A DNA stretch of 64,000 bases from NCBI RefSeq assembly GCF_009914755.1, contig NC_060947.1, one strand, 5' to 3'. The notes under the pieces were generated by a model, which ran no database searches, was not told the origin of the DNA, and saw only the letters and a program-made list of their open reading frames with translations. Source of the stretch: the human T2T-CHM13v2.0 reference genome, Homo sapiens. The translations under genes were made by a program, and so were the position numbers. Shown here piece by piece: positions 13,680 to 31,022 of this stretch (its first letter is position 1; each line of letters opens with the position of its first letter).

Positions 13680-13900
13680 GACACAATCAGAAAACTTTCT
13701 GTAAAGGGACAGATAGTAAATATTTTCAGCTTTGTAGGCCATAAAGTCTCTGTTTTAATTATTCAACTCTGCCATTGCATTTTGAAAACCATTACAGACA
13801 ATAAGTAAATGAAAGAGCATGGCTGTGCTCCAGTAAAACTTCATTTGCAAAAATAGGCTGTGGGCCATATTTGGCTTGGGGGTCATAGTTTGTCAGTCCA
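13680..13900. mobile_element. MER58A-like hAT DNA transposon
   Basis: aaacttttctgtaaagggacagatagtaaatattttcagctttgtaggccata ... gagcatggctgtgctccagtaaaacttcattt. Confidence 0.8.
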
Positions 13901-15044
13901 GGTCTACACAATTAATCTGAGGTTTGGTCAGGACAGGGTTGCTGCTGTTTCCTTTCCTGCTGACACACTTTTGAGGATTTCTGTGTTTATAACCTACCCA
14001 AGGAAAGTGACCAGGGAAGAAAAACATACTGTTCACACAGAGCACATTTTCTGTTGACTCTGCTAATGCATTTGGCCAAGGACAAGGGTAAAGTTATAGC
14101 TAACATGGGACTGATGATTCATGGAGTTCTAGCCACTTTTTTTTTTTTTTTGGTAGCAGATTTAACTGGAGGAATTAAAAATTGACTGTTATCTATAGGT
14201 AAATAGTTTTTCCCAAGATGATGTGTGTCCTTTACACTTACTCTCAGCTTTTCTTGTTTGTTTGTTTGTTTGTTTGTTTTAGTTCACGTCTGTTTCTTTT
14301 CTCTTAGTAAACTTGATGCCAATTATCTGTGCATGGTTTCTGTCACATATTATTCATTAATATGCTGGGAATGTCTTCCCTAACACAAATACCCCCAAGA
14401 TGCCCTTAATTTCTTCTGAGAAGTAAGAACTTGGAGTAATTAGTGGAGTGGTCTTTTAGCATATATTTTAACACAGATGTTCAAATGTATACTTAAGTGA
14501 CAATAGCTGAAATAGTGTTGAGCTATGGTAAGGAAGGGGAGATAGATAAATGGGATGGCTCAAATATGCCTCTTGTATGTACCCCCATCTTAGATCTCAT
14601 TTTTACCTGTATTTAGACCCCTATATTTACATAAGAGAAAATAATGGTCATTTGGGAAAGGGTAGATTATATAATAAATGGTGGTGGGAAAACTGAATTT
14701 GGAAAATTAAAAAAAGCAATTCAGAGAAAACCAGTTTAGGACCTCACCTCACACCATGCATCAAATGAATGCCAGATAATAGGAAGAATTAAATGTAAGA
14801 TACAGAATTATAATAAAATTGAGAAAATTTGGTTAACTATTCAAATAATCTTTGATAAAAAATTATTTTCCATCTATGAAAACAGGAAGAAGCCAAGATG
14901 GAAACAACTGATAGATTTATAAATGTACATCAATCTATAGTTCATGTCTATAGTCAATCTATAATCAATGTATGAAGTTCAAAATTATCTCTACAACAGA
15001 AAATATCAAACTCAAAATGTTGACAGGTTAAGAAAGTATTTGCT

Positions 15045-15344
<300 letters not shown>

Positions 15345-15834
15345 CTAAGGATAAGAAGGAATAATAGGCCCAGTATATTAAAAAAAAAAACTCATGTAAA
15401 CTTTAACAAAGAAACAATATTTTAGTAACACATGGGAAAATGGAATATGACAGATAAGTCACAAATGAGGAAGTGAACATGATCAATAAATGTGAAAAGT
15501 TGATCAACCTCACTAGTAATCAGAGAAATGAATGGTAAAGCATGATATTAATTTTCATCTATCAAATTATCAAAAGTTAAAATATGGTAATAGAACTGGC
15601 ATGATTACAGTGAGACAGACACTTCTGGACAGTGCTGTTGAGCATTGTACATCATTTCAATAAATCAGTTTAGCCACATGCATCCAGTTCCTCATACATT
15701 CCCTGGCCTAGTTGTTCACTTCTAAAAATTTATTAGGAATCTATTTAAAGGAACTGATTGGAAATTCAGACACAGATTTATTTTTCAAAATGCCCAACAT
15801 AATAATTTTTAAAATTGGGGAACAAAACAGAACA

Positions 15835-16455
<621 letters not shown>

Positions 16456-17195
16456 TATAATAAATAATGGTATGCTTATATGATGTGATATTTGTAGCCA
16501 TGAGAATGATATTTGCGATTAATTTATGGTAACACGGGAAAATACTCATAACATCATATCAAGTGGAAAAAATCTGGAACAGAACCATATATACTCGAGT
16601 TTCCCAAGGATTATTCTGTTGGATAATGGAATTTCATACATTGACAAAAATCTGAGTTTAAAAAGTTATGCAGCATAGCTTTTACTATGCTATTTTGCAG
16701 AGTGAATCTTCAAGAGGGAGAATATGGTACACCATGTCCTCAAATTTTTTGTCGCCAGAACCCAATGTTCCATGAAATGTAATTTTGTAAATGCCAGTTT
16801 ATACAGAATGGCCTCCATTATTCTACAGGATGCTTGATGTACACATGCATGCACACACACAGGGTGTAATAGAAAATGAGTTAAAATGTTGACTGGGTCG
16901 ACTTCTCAGGGATAGGATTATAGATAATTTTGGGAGGATTGTCTGTTTCTGTATTTTTTGGAATAAGCAGGAATTAATCTTGCAAGTAGAAAAACATTAA
17001 TAGAAAATATAAAGTGATGCCTGTTAAAGGAAGAAGATTGTGGAATTAAAGAATCTTTGGGTAAATTAGAAATATTTCAAATGTATAGTATACACCTGCA
17101 CAGTAAAACTTGAAGCCATTTCTATTTTTCTGTTTATCCATCATCCATTTATGTTTTCTCCCTTGTCCCTTCCTCTCCCCCCCACTCCCTCCCCA

Positions 17196-17247
<52 letters not shown>
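17196..17247. repeat. (TATC)13 tetranucleotide microsatellite
   Basis: 52 bp of perfect TATC repeat, read directly. Confidence 0.97.
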
Positions 17248-19155
17248 AAATTTCTGTATCTAGGTACATGTAATTTAAACAGCTATCTAAGATAACTTAG
17301 GAGAGGTTTTTATATTCTAATAAAGAAGCTAATCATTATTTTGCCATCAAGTAAATAAGAATCATCATTTCCTCCCAGTTACGCAGAAACTGGACTAGTT
17401 TTATTTTTTTAGTCAAACTTTTTATTTTGGAATAATTTTGTATTTACAGAAAAGTTTCAAAGATAGTGCAGAGAATTCCTGCACAAACTTCACCCAGGTT
17501 TCTGTAATGTTAAAATCTTATATGGCTCTAGTGCCTTGTCAAGACAAAAAAATTAACAGCACTATGTTACTGTTAACTAACAGTAACATAAGAGTTTTTA
17601 TGGGTTTCCACCAGTTACCCCACTGATATCCTTTTTCTGTTCCAGCATCCAATCCAAGGAATCACATTACAATTTAGTGAACTGGTTTATTTTGATTTAG
17701 TGAAAACTTCTTAGAGTGGACTCAATCTCAATTTTGTGAATTATAAAGCACCAAATATAGGTGAAGTATTTGGCTATTCTTTATTAAATTATTAAATTCC
17801 TGTTAGTGGGCAGGGGGTTTCCAAGGGACTCCCCTACTTATGTTTTCATGCTATCTATCCATGATGTCTGGCCTGAATAAAGAACTTTAAAACTTGCAAA
17901 ACATTTTTACTAATATTATCTCTGTCACCCCAATGACTCCAAGAAGGAGGCAAGGCACATATAATCTTGATTTTTCCCATTTCACTGATTAAAAAATTGA
18001 AACCTGGAGACATGTGCAAGCTGTGCAGTCACACAGGGTCTTGTGCTTAGAAAAGCCTTGTGTTTAGTTTAATGTTCTCTTTCAACCTTTTTGAAATTCT
18101 TAATTATTTATGAGCAACGGGCCCTGCATTTTGATTTTGCACTGGGTCTCACAAATTATGAAGCTGGTTCTGCCTGGAGCATTTGCCTTGCTTACACAAG
18201 GCTACATAGAATTTGTGCAGTTGGGTGGATTTTAGTGCTTCCTGACTTGGAGTTTACTCTAATTTCTGGTACACTGCAACATATTTCCATCAATCTTGAA
18301 ACCTGTAACTTGTATCCAAGCTTGTAATCTGTTGACTTAATTTTCAAAAACTTGACTTTCCTGGCTCTGTACCAATACCTCAGCATTTTTGCATGTAATT
18401 TTTGCCTTGACAACTTTGGTTTCTGTTTTAAAAAAATCTAAAAACTTGCTTACCTGTGGGTTAGACAAACTGCTCTGCTAACTTACGTTCATAATAATAT
18501 CCTAGCTGTGGCTATTTCCTCAGCAGCTATGGATATCATATTTATTAAATAGATTTAAAATAAAAACTACTCTATTTTGTTTCTGAGTTTGGCTAATTAG
18601 CTCATGCTGCTGTTAGGAATGAACTGTGAATTATAACCCCCTTCCTGAAGGGGTGATATTAATTTTTCTGCAGACATGGAAACATTTGGCTAAACAGTAT
18701 GATTTTAAAATCTGGGAGAACTGCTTGGTGGCCAAATAGTCAAAGTAATGCTTAGTGGCCCAGATAGCAAATCCACATTATTCGTGCTGGCCCATGAAGC
18801 CCTTGATAAAATTTTTTCCACAGTTCTTTGAGAGAGATGAGGGCTTCTGCCAAGTGAGGACTTCACCCTTGGCTTTATATCACTAACAGAAATAGTGGTT
18901 TTTTTCTGGGAGCAAAGGTCTGGGCTGACCATTCTGCTTTAATTTCAGTCTCATAAAGATCTGATTATATTGGCATTGGTTGTCCAGTAGTTGGACATAG
19001 TCATGTTTGCATTTAGTTTACAGATTCAATCACAAGAATTTAGGAGAGAGAGAGAAAGAGAGAGACCCCCAAATCCCCGAGATGGGATGTTGGAATGGGT
19101 TCAACATATTTTACATGTGGAAAGGGCATGAATTTTGATGGGCAAGAGGGTGGGA

Positions 19156-19606
19156 TGCTATGAGTTGAATTGTGTCTTCTCTAAAGATATGTTAAAATCT
19201 AACATTCAGAATCTGTGAATGTGACCTTATTTGGAAACACGGTCTTCACAGGTGTAATTAAGTTAGGAAGAAGTCATATTGGATTAGGGTGGGCCCTACT
19301 CCAGTAACTGGTGTCCTTATAAGATGAAGGAAATTTGGACACAGACACCGGAGAGAGCCATGTGAAGACGCAGGCAGAGATTGGAATGGCACATCTATAA
19401 ACCAACGAACACCAAGCGTTGCTGGCAAGCCTCAGAAGCTAGAATAGGTGAGGCGGGACCCTGTCCTAGAGCCTTCCGAGGGAGCGTGGCTCTGCTGATG
19501 TCTTGATTTCAGACTTCAGTCTCAGGAACTGAGATAATACATTTCTGATGTTTTAAGCAATCTGGTTTGCAGTACTTTGTTATGGCAGCCCTAGGAAACT
19601 AATACA
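19156..19606 (+). mobile_element. MLT1B/C-type LTR, preceded by a polypurine tract
   Basis: Starts tgctatgagttgaattgtgtc and ends ggaaactaataca. GGGCAAGAGGGTGGGA lies immediately 5', suggesting a remnant of internal sequence. Confidence 0.85.
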
Positions 19607-20689
19607 TATTGTAAATGAGGAAAAAAAAAAGATTAAGTGAAAGTCCAAACAGCCCGAATCATCCTATAAGTATGAATGTAAAAGACAGTGCATCCTTTAA
19701 AGTTTTTTCTTCCTAATTATGATTATTGTAAAAATTGGGAAAATAAAAAGCAGTATAATTCCTTTACACATATGAAAAGTACTTTGATCCCTTTGCATAT
19801 AGCATATTAGTATACACTTCCTATTTTGTTTTCTGTTCTATCTCTAAAAGCATATCAAATTATATATGCAATTTTGAAAGATTTCTCTTGAACTTAATAT
19901 GCTAGCATGAGCGTTTGCAATACTGTGAAATGTTCTTTGAAATATCTTTTATATAGACTGAAATTATTCTTTGTATGGATATATCATATTCCTCTGGAAG
20001 GATGTACCATAGCTTATTTAACTACTTCTATGTTTTTAGACATTTAGGTGAAATGTCTTTAGTCTTTTTTAAAATGAATTTTTGACCAGGTTGCTGATTT
20101 TTCCCCTAATAATAGATCCCCAAAATGGTTTTATATTAGAAGTAAACACACACATGCACACACGCATATAACATACTTAATAGCTTCAAAACCAACAGAG
20201 AAGGAACTTTTCAACAAATGATTATATGAAAGCTTGCCACAGCCAGTCTAGGGCTGGTTAGTTAGCAATGCTCCCAGGTACTTCTGGGAAATTTCCCTCA
20301 TTCTAGTTGCACAGAACTATGACCAGAACAGTACTTAGACCAGGCTGATCTGGCAGACTGCAGACATTGGGCATGATGAATGGGGTTTGTGTTCATGCCT
20401 GAGTGTTCTGTATTATTCTTTGCTCAGTAACCAAATGTAAATCATATGACTCCAAGATAGATGAGGGGTATCCTGGCTGGGATGAGGCACTTACTGGTAC
20501 ATATCTAGACTGGCCCTCTTGCTGAACTGGTCTTGTCTATGCGTGTAGGAACAAGGCACAAGACATGTCTAAAACATCAGTTTCTAACTTGTAAGAAATG
20601 GATAACAAATTTAATTCACAATATTACTTCAAGCTATAAAATATCTACATTATATCAGATAGTAAGAGTAAGGAACTTAACATTTTGTT

Positions 20690-22150
20690 GAAGGACATGA
20701 AACAATACCTAAATAAATGAAGAAACACACCATGTACTGTTGGGAAGACTTAGAATACTGACATTCATTAATTATTAAATAATGACATTATTATATAAAT
20801 GTCATTATTTGCCAAGCATATGTAAACGCAAAATAATTCCTATCAGAATCCAAATGAAGACATTTTTAGAATGAGAAAAATTATAGGCAGAAGAAATGAT
20901 AGTTGCCAAAAAAATTTATGTTTCAGAAGAATAATTGGGGTAAGGATCTTGTGTTATCAGATAAAACTTATAATAATTCTATGGTAATGAAAACAAAATG
21001 TCAATGGCATAAGAAATAATAACCAGGACAATGGGACATAGAACCTCAGCACATATCCAATAATATAGAAGTTAATCTTGGAAAATCTGGCACTATAATT
21101 CAATAGGAAAATAAATAATTATGTTGGTATAATTTTGCTATCCATTTGGAAGGAAACTAATATAAATGCCTACCTTATACCATTTATAAAAATATATACC
21201 TGGTGAATTAATATAGCTCAATGTGAAATCAAATCTTTATGAATATTAGAAGAAAATTTAGAAAAATATTTGTTTCTGTAAACTTGTGGGTGAGTAGAGA
21301 TTAGGAATCAAGTTGGGAAACTTAGAGGGAATCAAGAAAACGATCAATAGATGTACAAACTTAAAAATGTTTCTTAATGCAAGAATGTATAATAAAACAA
21401 CGAGAAGACAAATGAACTGGGCCAAATATGTGCAGTCATATGACAGGTAAAACGTTAATACCTTCAATTTACAAGGAACCTGCACAAATACATTGGAAAA
21501 ATGACACAATAAAAAAGAATGTTCATATTTATAGAAAAATGCAAATGGTTAATAAATGAAAGGTGGCTTAATCTCCTTAATATTCAAGGGAATGTGGATT
21601 TGAGAAACAACCTTAACTTGTCCAATTGCAAAACCTAAAAGATTGGTAACATTCAGTATTAGTAACAATTTGCGGAAACAGACATTTGTGTATTGCTGAT
21701 GGGAAGGTGAATGAAAAAACCTTTATGGAAAGTTATCTTTTAATATTTGTCAAAATTTTAAAAATGGATATGTCTTTGATCTAGCAACCCAGCTTTGGGA
21801 ATGTATCCTATTAAATTAAACATACCATAACGTAAGGTATATGTATATCCAGGCAGCTTTTTCTTGTAGCTGTAAACTTGGAGACAACTTGAATGTTTCA
21901 CAATAGAAAAATGGCCGTTTTCATTGTGCAAATTCTTAGTGTGAATTATTACTAGAAAAATTATGTATATTGACCTGGAGAGATGGAGTGATATATTACC
22001 AAGTAAGGGGAGAAAACTGTCTTCAGGGGAAGATGTAGAGTATAAGTTTTGTAGAAAAAAATAGGCCCTCTTTCCCACATACATGTGTTTGTATGCCAGC
22101 ATGGTGAGAGATGTAGCAGAATATGCCTTAAATTATTATTGGATTCCTCG
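20690..22150 (+). mobile_element. Highly decayed L1ME-type ORF2/3' region
   Basis: A-rich degenerate L1 motifs (acctaaataaatgaagaaacacaccatg; ttgctgatgggaaggtgaatg). Boundaries approximate. Confidence 0.6.
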
Positions 22151-25100
22151 GAGGTTTGACTAAATTAGAGGGTAAATTATCTGTGTCAGGAATTTAGCAC
22201 TGTGTCTATTACAGTCAACATTTTAAACAAAATATGTCATAATTGTGCTTTAAATACCAATTTATAAACATTTATTATAAAATAATATAAAATAGCATTA
22301 AATTTTTAAAAAGAGAAAAAACCTGATTATATCAATTTTTGAGTACTTCCCTATGTCTTTCTCTGTATATATACACATGCATTTGCATCACATATGTATA
22401 TATATATCTTTATTTACTTAACTGTGCATTTTTCATGGTATTTCAAAATCTCTTGTATTATATATTTCTTTAGTATGATAGTTTTTAATGGCCAAATGGT
22501 ATTTAAATTGAAATATTGTGACTTTTTTCAACTATTCTTCTGTTAGGCATACGTTATTTTTAGTTTTCTTCTACTTTGATTATTGATGCATAAACACCTT
22601 TATGCTTACTATTTGTTTTCTGCTGATTAATTTAAAAATATACTCCTTAGTGTATAATTACTGTTCAAAATATATAGGAATGTTTATTGGTCTTGTTACA
22701 CACTGCCTTAGCTATAACATTTTGCATCAGCTATTTGAATTGAGATTCACTGTAATCCTTTTCTACCTGTGGGCAAACTTTCTAAAGGCAGATCCGAAAA
22801 TAATTTGCAAAGTGCTGCTTTTCACTCTGTTTTACTGATAACCCATCATAACGACACATGTTACCACTTGTTTATCACAACTAGAAAATTTAAATATACC
22901 AAAGTGCCTGTATAGCGGGAAGGATCTTTTAAGATGAGTTTGACAGAATTATTGAAAATAATAACAGTAATTTACGTTTATCTGGTACTCTTCCTCAACA
23001 GGATGATTCCATTTTCTTTTTTAGTATAATGGACTGATACATGTTTTCTTATGCTGTTTTGCTACTACCTTTTCTGTACACATCATTTAAGGAACAGTTC
23101 TCACTTGCCTGAGTTACAATAGCTTATCTCTCAGTGGAAATTTGAGAAAACAACTAGAGCTTCTGTCATCGACATTCTCATTAATCCCATTTTCTATGTT
23201 TCTGATGTATCCCTCTATAGTAGGCTCTCTTTGGTATTTAGGGGGAGATTCCACAAACACCTGCAAGTTTTCAGATTCCCCTCACATCTCTTCTCTATTG
23301 ACACCCCTGGGATTGAGGATTCAGGTACTGTACTCTGATGTTTTTGTCTGTTATAGATACTCAATTTCACCCATGATGTTTTTGTCTGTTATAGATACTT
23401 AATTTTACCCGTGGGTCATGAATCCGCATTGCTTGGCTGTTTTCTATTGCCTTTGGGGCTTATTGAGTAAGTGTTGACCTTGTTCTTATCTCAAGATAGA
23501 ATTCCTACCATGGATATCTAATAGTACTACAGATATTTTCACTCCCACTTTTTAAGCAATCGTAGCCCACCCAGTCAAAACATTTTGTATTTTTAAGCTT
23601 CGTTGGTCATGAACTACCAAACAAGTTGGTCAGGAGCTTTACTGATCATTTTCATTTAATTATGCCATATTTTTAGGAAGAAGTGGCCATAGGCTTTTAT
23701 GTTTTACTTCTCAAACAACATCAAAATATCATCAGTGTATTACCTGCCACACTCCCTCCCCCTTTTCTGATAGAGAACATAAGACACTTGTGGTGGTAAA
23801 GACATCTGTTTTACACTCAAATAACAGATGGTACCGTTTGAACTCAACAGAAGTAGAGGAGAAATGGAATGTAAACTTACTCGCACAATTAGAAACTATT
23901 TAACTGATGTTTTGCATATTTGGATTTTGCAGATTGCTTCGTAAGTGATATACCTTAAATTGAAATGCTCTAAGACATTTATCATTTCAATTTCTGCTAA
24001 TTTATTTTTCTACACTAAAGGCAAGTTTCTGTTCTTTAATCATTAGCTATCTTCCTTCCCCTCACCATACAACCTCTTCAGTAATTGGCAATGGAATTGG
24101 TATTATGGAAGCAAGTTAAACAGATGTAGCTCCTACCTCTGTGACTTACATTCTAAAAGTAGCATTTCACAGGACTACCACAGTTGAACAAAAATAAAAA
24201 ACACAAGGAACAATGTCATAAAAAATGTTTTACCAGCTGTTCCTACCACACCTCTGTTTTCTTTTTTCTTTTTAGTGAACTATAATTATATGCAGTAAAA
24301 TGTTCTAGTCTTATGTGTACAATTTGGTAAGTTTTGACAATAAGTACACCTACATAACCAACACTCCAGTCAAGATATAGAATCTTCCATCACTCCAGAA
24401 AGTTTCTTTGTAACCCTTCTAAATTAATTCTCCTCTCTGCCAGGCAAACACTATTCTGATTTCTATCACCATAGATTAATTTTGTCTGTTCTAGAACTTC
24501 ATATTCATGGAATCATTGGGCATATACTCCTTGGTGTCTGATTTCTTTCACTCAGTATAATAAGATTCACCCATGTTGTTGCATGCATTAATAGTTCATC
24601 TTTTTTGCTGAGTAGTATTTCATAGTGTAGATATAGATATACCATAATTTGTTTTCCATTCTCCTATTGATGGGCAACTGGTGTGTTTGTGGTTTTTGGC
24701 TATTATGAATAAAGCCGCAATAAACACTCTTAATTGAGAGTTTCTGAGGGCATATGTTTTTGTTTGTTCAGTGCCTGGGCATTGCTGGATCACATGGCAT
24801 TTTTATGTTCAATTTTATTAAGAAACTGCCATATGGATCTATCATATTACATTCCATGAGTAATGTATGAGAGTTCCCGTTGTTCTGAATCCTTGCCAAT
24901 GTTTGTTTGGTATTGTTAGTTTTTGAATTTTAAATTTAAATTTTATGCTAAAAAGTTAAATTTAAAATTTAGTGAATATGTAGTGACTATGTCATGTGTC
25001 TCACTGGTTTTCATTTGCATTTATGTGATGACTAACAATGTTTGAGCATCTTTTCATGCATTTATTGGCTGTTCATATGAATTATTTTTGATATGTCTAT

Positions 25101-25310
25101 TTGAATCTTTTATTCATTTTTTATTGAATTGTTTGTTTTTCTTGTAATTGATTTGCAGGAGTTCTTTACACATTCTGGATACAAGTTGGATATATGTATT
25201 GTTAATTTTTTCTCTAAGACTGTCTGATATTTTCATTTTCTTAATGGTATCTTTTGATGAGTAGAAGTTTCAAATTTGCATGAAGTTTCCATTTATTATT
25301 TTTTTCTTTT

Positions 25311-26753
<1,443 letters not shown>

Positions 26754-26851
26754 TAGTAGCTTTATTGTTTAGCCTTTAATTTCAGGTCTCCAATCCATCT
26801 TGAGATAGTTTCTGTATGGTGCACAAAGTTCATCATTTTTTATATGGTTAT

Positions 26852-27212
26852 TGTCTCAGTCCATTCAGGCTGCTAGAACAAAATAGCATAGACTGAGTGG
26901 CTTATAAACAACAGAGATTTATTTCCCATAGTTTTAGAGACAGGGAAGTCCAAGATCAAGGCACCGGCAGACTAAATGTCTGGTGAGACATCCGCTTCCT
27001 CACAGATGGCTCCTTCTTGCTGTAACATCACATGGCTAAAAGGGTGAGGTATCTCTCTAGGGTCTTTTATGAAGGTGCTAATCCCATTTATGAGAATTCC
27101 ACCTTCACGACCTAATCACCTTCCAAAAGGTCTATCATTTAATACCATTATCTTGGGGGTTGGGATTTTAGCATATTAATTTTGAGAGGACACAAACATT
27201 AAGATCATAACA
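26852..27212 (-). mobile_element. MLT1A-type solo LTR
   Basis: tgtctcagtccattcaggctgcta ... gaagtccaagatcaaggcaccggcag ... gacacaaacattaagatcataaca. Confidence 0.85.
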
Positions 27213-29222
27213 GACACCCACTTGTTCCAGTGCCATTTGTTGAAAGTACTTTCTGCACTCAGTTGTTCTGGAACCTTTGTCAAGAATTATTTGATCATGG
27301 TGTGTGGCTCTTTCTTCTCTCTATGCTATTTTGGTGATATATCTGTAGATTATATGCCAATGCCACATTGTGTTGATTGCTGTAACTTTATAGTAAGTCT
27401 TGGAGTCAGGAATATAAGTTCTCTAGCTTGGTTTTTCTTTTTCAGGAATTTTGGTTCTTTGTATTTCTGTATAAAGTTTAAAATTAGCTTGCAATTTCTA
27501 TAAAAAATGGGCTGGGTTTTAAGTTATGATTTCTTTGAATCTGTAGGTCAATTCAGAAAGGATTGACAACAATACTGAGTTTTTCAATCAATGCACGTGT
27601 TGTAGCTTTCCATTTACTCAAGTGTTCCTTAATTTTTCTCAGAATGTTTTACCATTTTCATGCTATAGGTGCTTTATACCTTTTATTACATTTATTCCTA
27701 GGTACTTCAAGTTTCTGATGCTATTGTAAATCTACCACACTTCTTTAGAATGTATTTTCTCCATTTCTTGAGGTGAGTTTAGAATGTTTGGAGCCCTTTG
27801 GCTCCAAGTTTGAATTCCTGTCCTGTCACTTGTTAGCTGTGTAAATTAGCCAAGTCACTTAAACTCTATAAGCCTTAATTTCTCTGTCGGTAGATTGGGG
27901 ATAATCATATTGATCTTGTCTAGTTGGTATGAATATTATCCAACAGAACACAATGTTACCAGAACTTGAATAACAATGTGTGGATAACAGTCTCCCTTAA
28001 AAAAATTAAAGTAATTTTATTTTGGGATAGATAATACATATAAGCCATAAAATATTTGAAAATATTAAAGGGCATATGATAAAAAGTAAGTCTCCTTCCT
28101 ATTTCTGACCCTCATTTCTCCAGTTCTCCTCCTCAGAGGCCACCATTGTTACCATTGTTTGGTATATATGCAAAGCTATGCTATCTAAATGAAAATATAT
28201 ATTGATATACATTCCTTTTAGAAGTACAAGTGTTAGCATACTGTTAGTATTGTTTAGCACCTTGGAATTTATAAATGTTAACTGTATATCTTGGAGGAGA
28301 CTATATGGACTTATTTAAAAGAAAATTCCCATGGGTATTTTCTAACACTATTTTTTAAGATTATAATGTTATCTAGATGATGGGATTCATAAGTCTCAGC
28401 CTTTTCTTCCCCTGCTCAATAAAGTGTCAACCTGGTCTCTGCCCTTTTAAAACAATTCTGATTCTCCAATGTGCGTACCTTGTCTCCCAACCCTTACCAG
28501 AGTGAATCATGGAGAAAAATGTTCTCAGGGTGGGAGAAACTGTGTGTTCAGCATTCACTTCAGGAGTCTAGAATAGTGGTGGTGAGGGATGAAACTAGCT
28601 GAAAAACTTTAGGAGAAAGGGCTAAATGCAGAGGAAATGGGAGAAGAGGTGATTGTGAAAGGTTTTGGAGATGAACTCATGAATAGAAGGGAGAAATGTC
28701 TTCCGAGGTGGTAAAGTGAGAACTTCACCAGTTTTGAGATATTAGTGAATAGGAGAAGCCAAGAAATTTAAAAATAAGTGTAGAGAAGTTCTTTGTGGAT
28801 ATCTTTTAAGTTTTTCAAGAGCCTTGGGCAAAGACTGGAATGAATATTTGCACTGGGATTCTTTGAGTGTGGTATGCTCTGAGGCTGAATCACATAGGAT
28901 GCAGCTTTCACAGGATTACACTTAAGCATATACAAATAAAAGTAGATGTAGACCAACACAAGTAGATATAGACCAATACAATTTAAATTAATAGTTTTAA
29001 ATAAACTGGGTGGATCAAGTTTTGCTGTAATCAATTTACTGATGTTGTATATAATAGCTGAAAGACATATTGGAATGACAGGTTTTACTTGATTTGATTC
29101 TTTATATTTAAAGCATAACAGATCATCACTTAGGTCATTATAGTTGTTGTCATTATTTTTCCTATTTAATAATAAACTTAATTCATTGTTTTGATGTGAT
29201 AATCAATTTGGGTTGAACCTCA

Positions 29223-29739
<517 letters not shown>

Positions 29740-31022
29740 TTAAATTGCTTCAAAATTTTTTGTTTCTACAGTGCCCTGTGAGGCTGTTTATCCTTTATTG
29801 AGAAAGTCCAATGAATTCTTCTGTTTTCATATTAACTCTTGACTATTAATGTCATACTTTATTCGATTACACTATGAAAATTTTATTATGTTAAACAAAG
29901 TCTTAGTTTCTAAAAAACAAGCACTCTAGAAACAAATGTCCGATTCTATGAACATGTCTTTCAAGCACAAATTATTACCACAATATAAAGTTTTGCCTTT
30001 CTCCTTAGTACAAGAATTAAGGATGACTTCAAAAGGCAGATGTGGGCTGATTGCTGTCATTGGAACATTAAGGGCACGCCAACCCAGAGGAAGCCAGATG
30101 TGCTTATCAACACACTGCAAGCTAAACACTGTTAACTCTGGGAAATTGCTTGGAGGCCAAAGTGATGGTGAAAAAACAAAAGATCTGAAAATAAGAGATA
30201 GTTTCTGGTTTAAAGAGGACACTCTGATCTAAAATGTGGCATACTAAAATTTTATACATTATTATTTTAAATAAAACACAAAACTAAATTTTTCCAGACT
30301 TTGCAGACCCTTTATAACGTGTCCAAGGAGGTCCTAAGATAACAGTTTGAGAATCTCAGACACAATGTTTTTAAAGCATCTAGTTTTCTGCTTGGTACTT
30401 AGTAGGCATGTATCAATTAATGCTGTTATAGTTTGAATATAGGTGTTTTCTTAATCATTTGTTGAATGTCTACTTATGCCTAGTAATGGGAGGGGGTTAC
30501 AGAATATTCAAGAAGACACATTAGCCACTGAATTTGGGTCCAGTAAAATACAAAGGTAATAGTTTTAGGACCATGGATTCATTTATTTATTTATTCACGT
30601 GTTTACTATACACTAGCCACTGTGCTAAGTGTTGGACATAAAATAACTAAGTAAACATGAAAATACAATTATGAATTATGATACATCCAATGAAAGAAAT
30701 GATCAGAATATAACAGTAGAGAAAATCACTTAGATTTGTGTTAGGGAAGGTCTTTGTGAGGAGGGAGTATTTTACCCAGCACAAAACAGTATTTTGCAAA
30801 TTAAAAGAAGTGTTCAGGGAAACCCGAAGTAAGATTGTTCGCAGTTAAGTGGGGTTAAGCTGGAAAGCTTCAGAGGAGCTAATTTCTGAAATAGACCTTT
30901 GAGTGATAGGGGTGGTTTTGTGGAAGATAGGGGGAGAGAAGGAATAAGTGTGTAGTTCAGTAAGCTTAGGAAATGGTAGCTAAAAGGCAGAAAGAGTTGA
31001 TTAGCATATAAATATTAGGGAA

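Noticed and set aside
23336-23411. CRISPR-like repeat array
   Set aside because: Only two adjacent copies with no spacer, in eukaryotic DNA with no cas genes.
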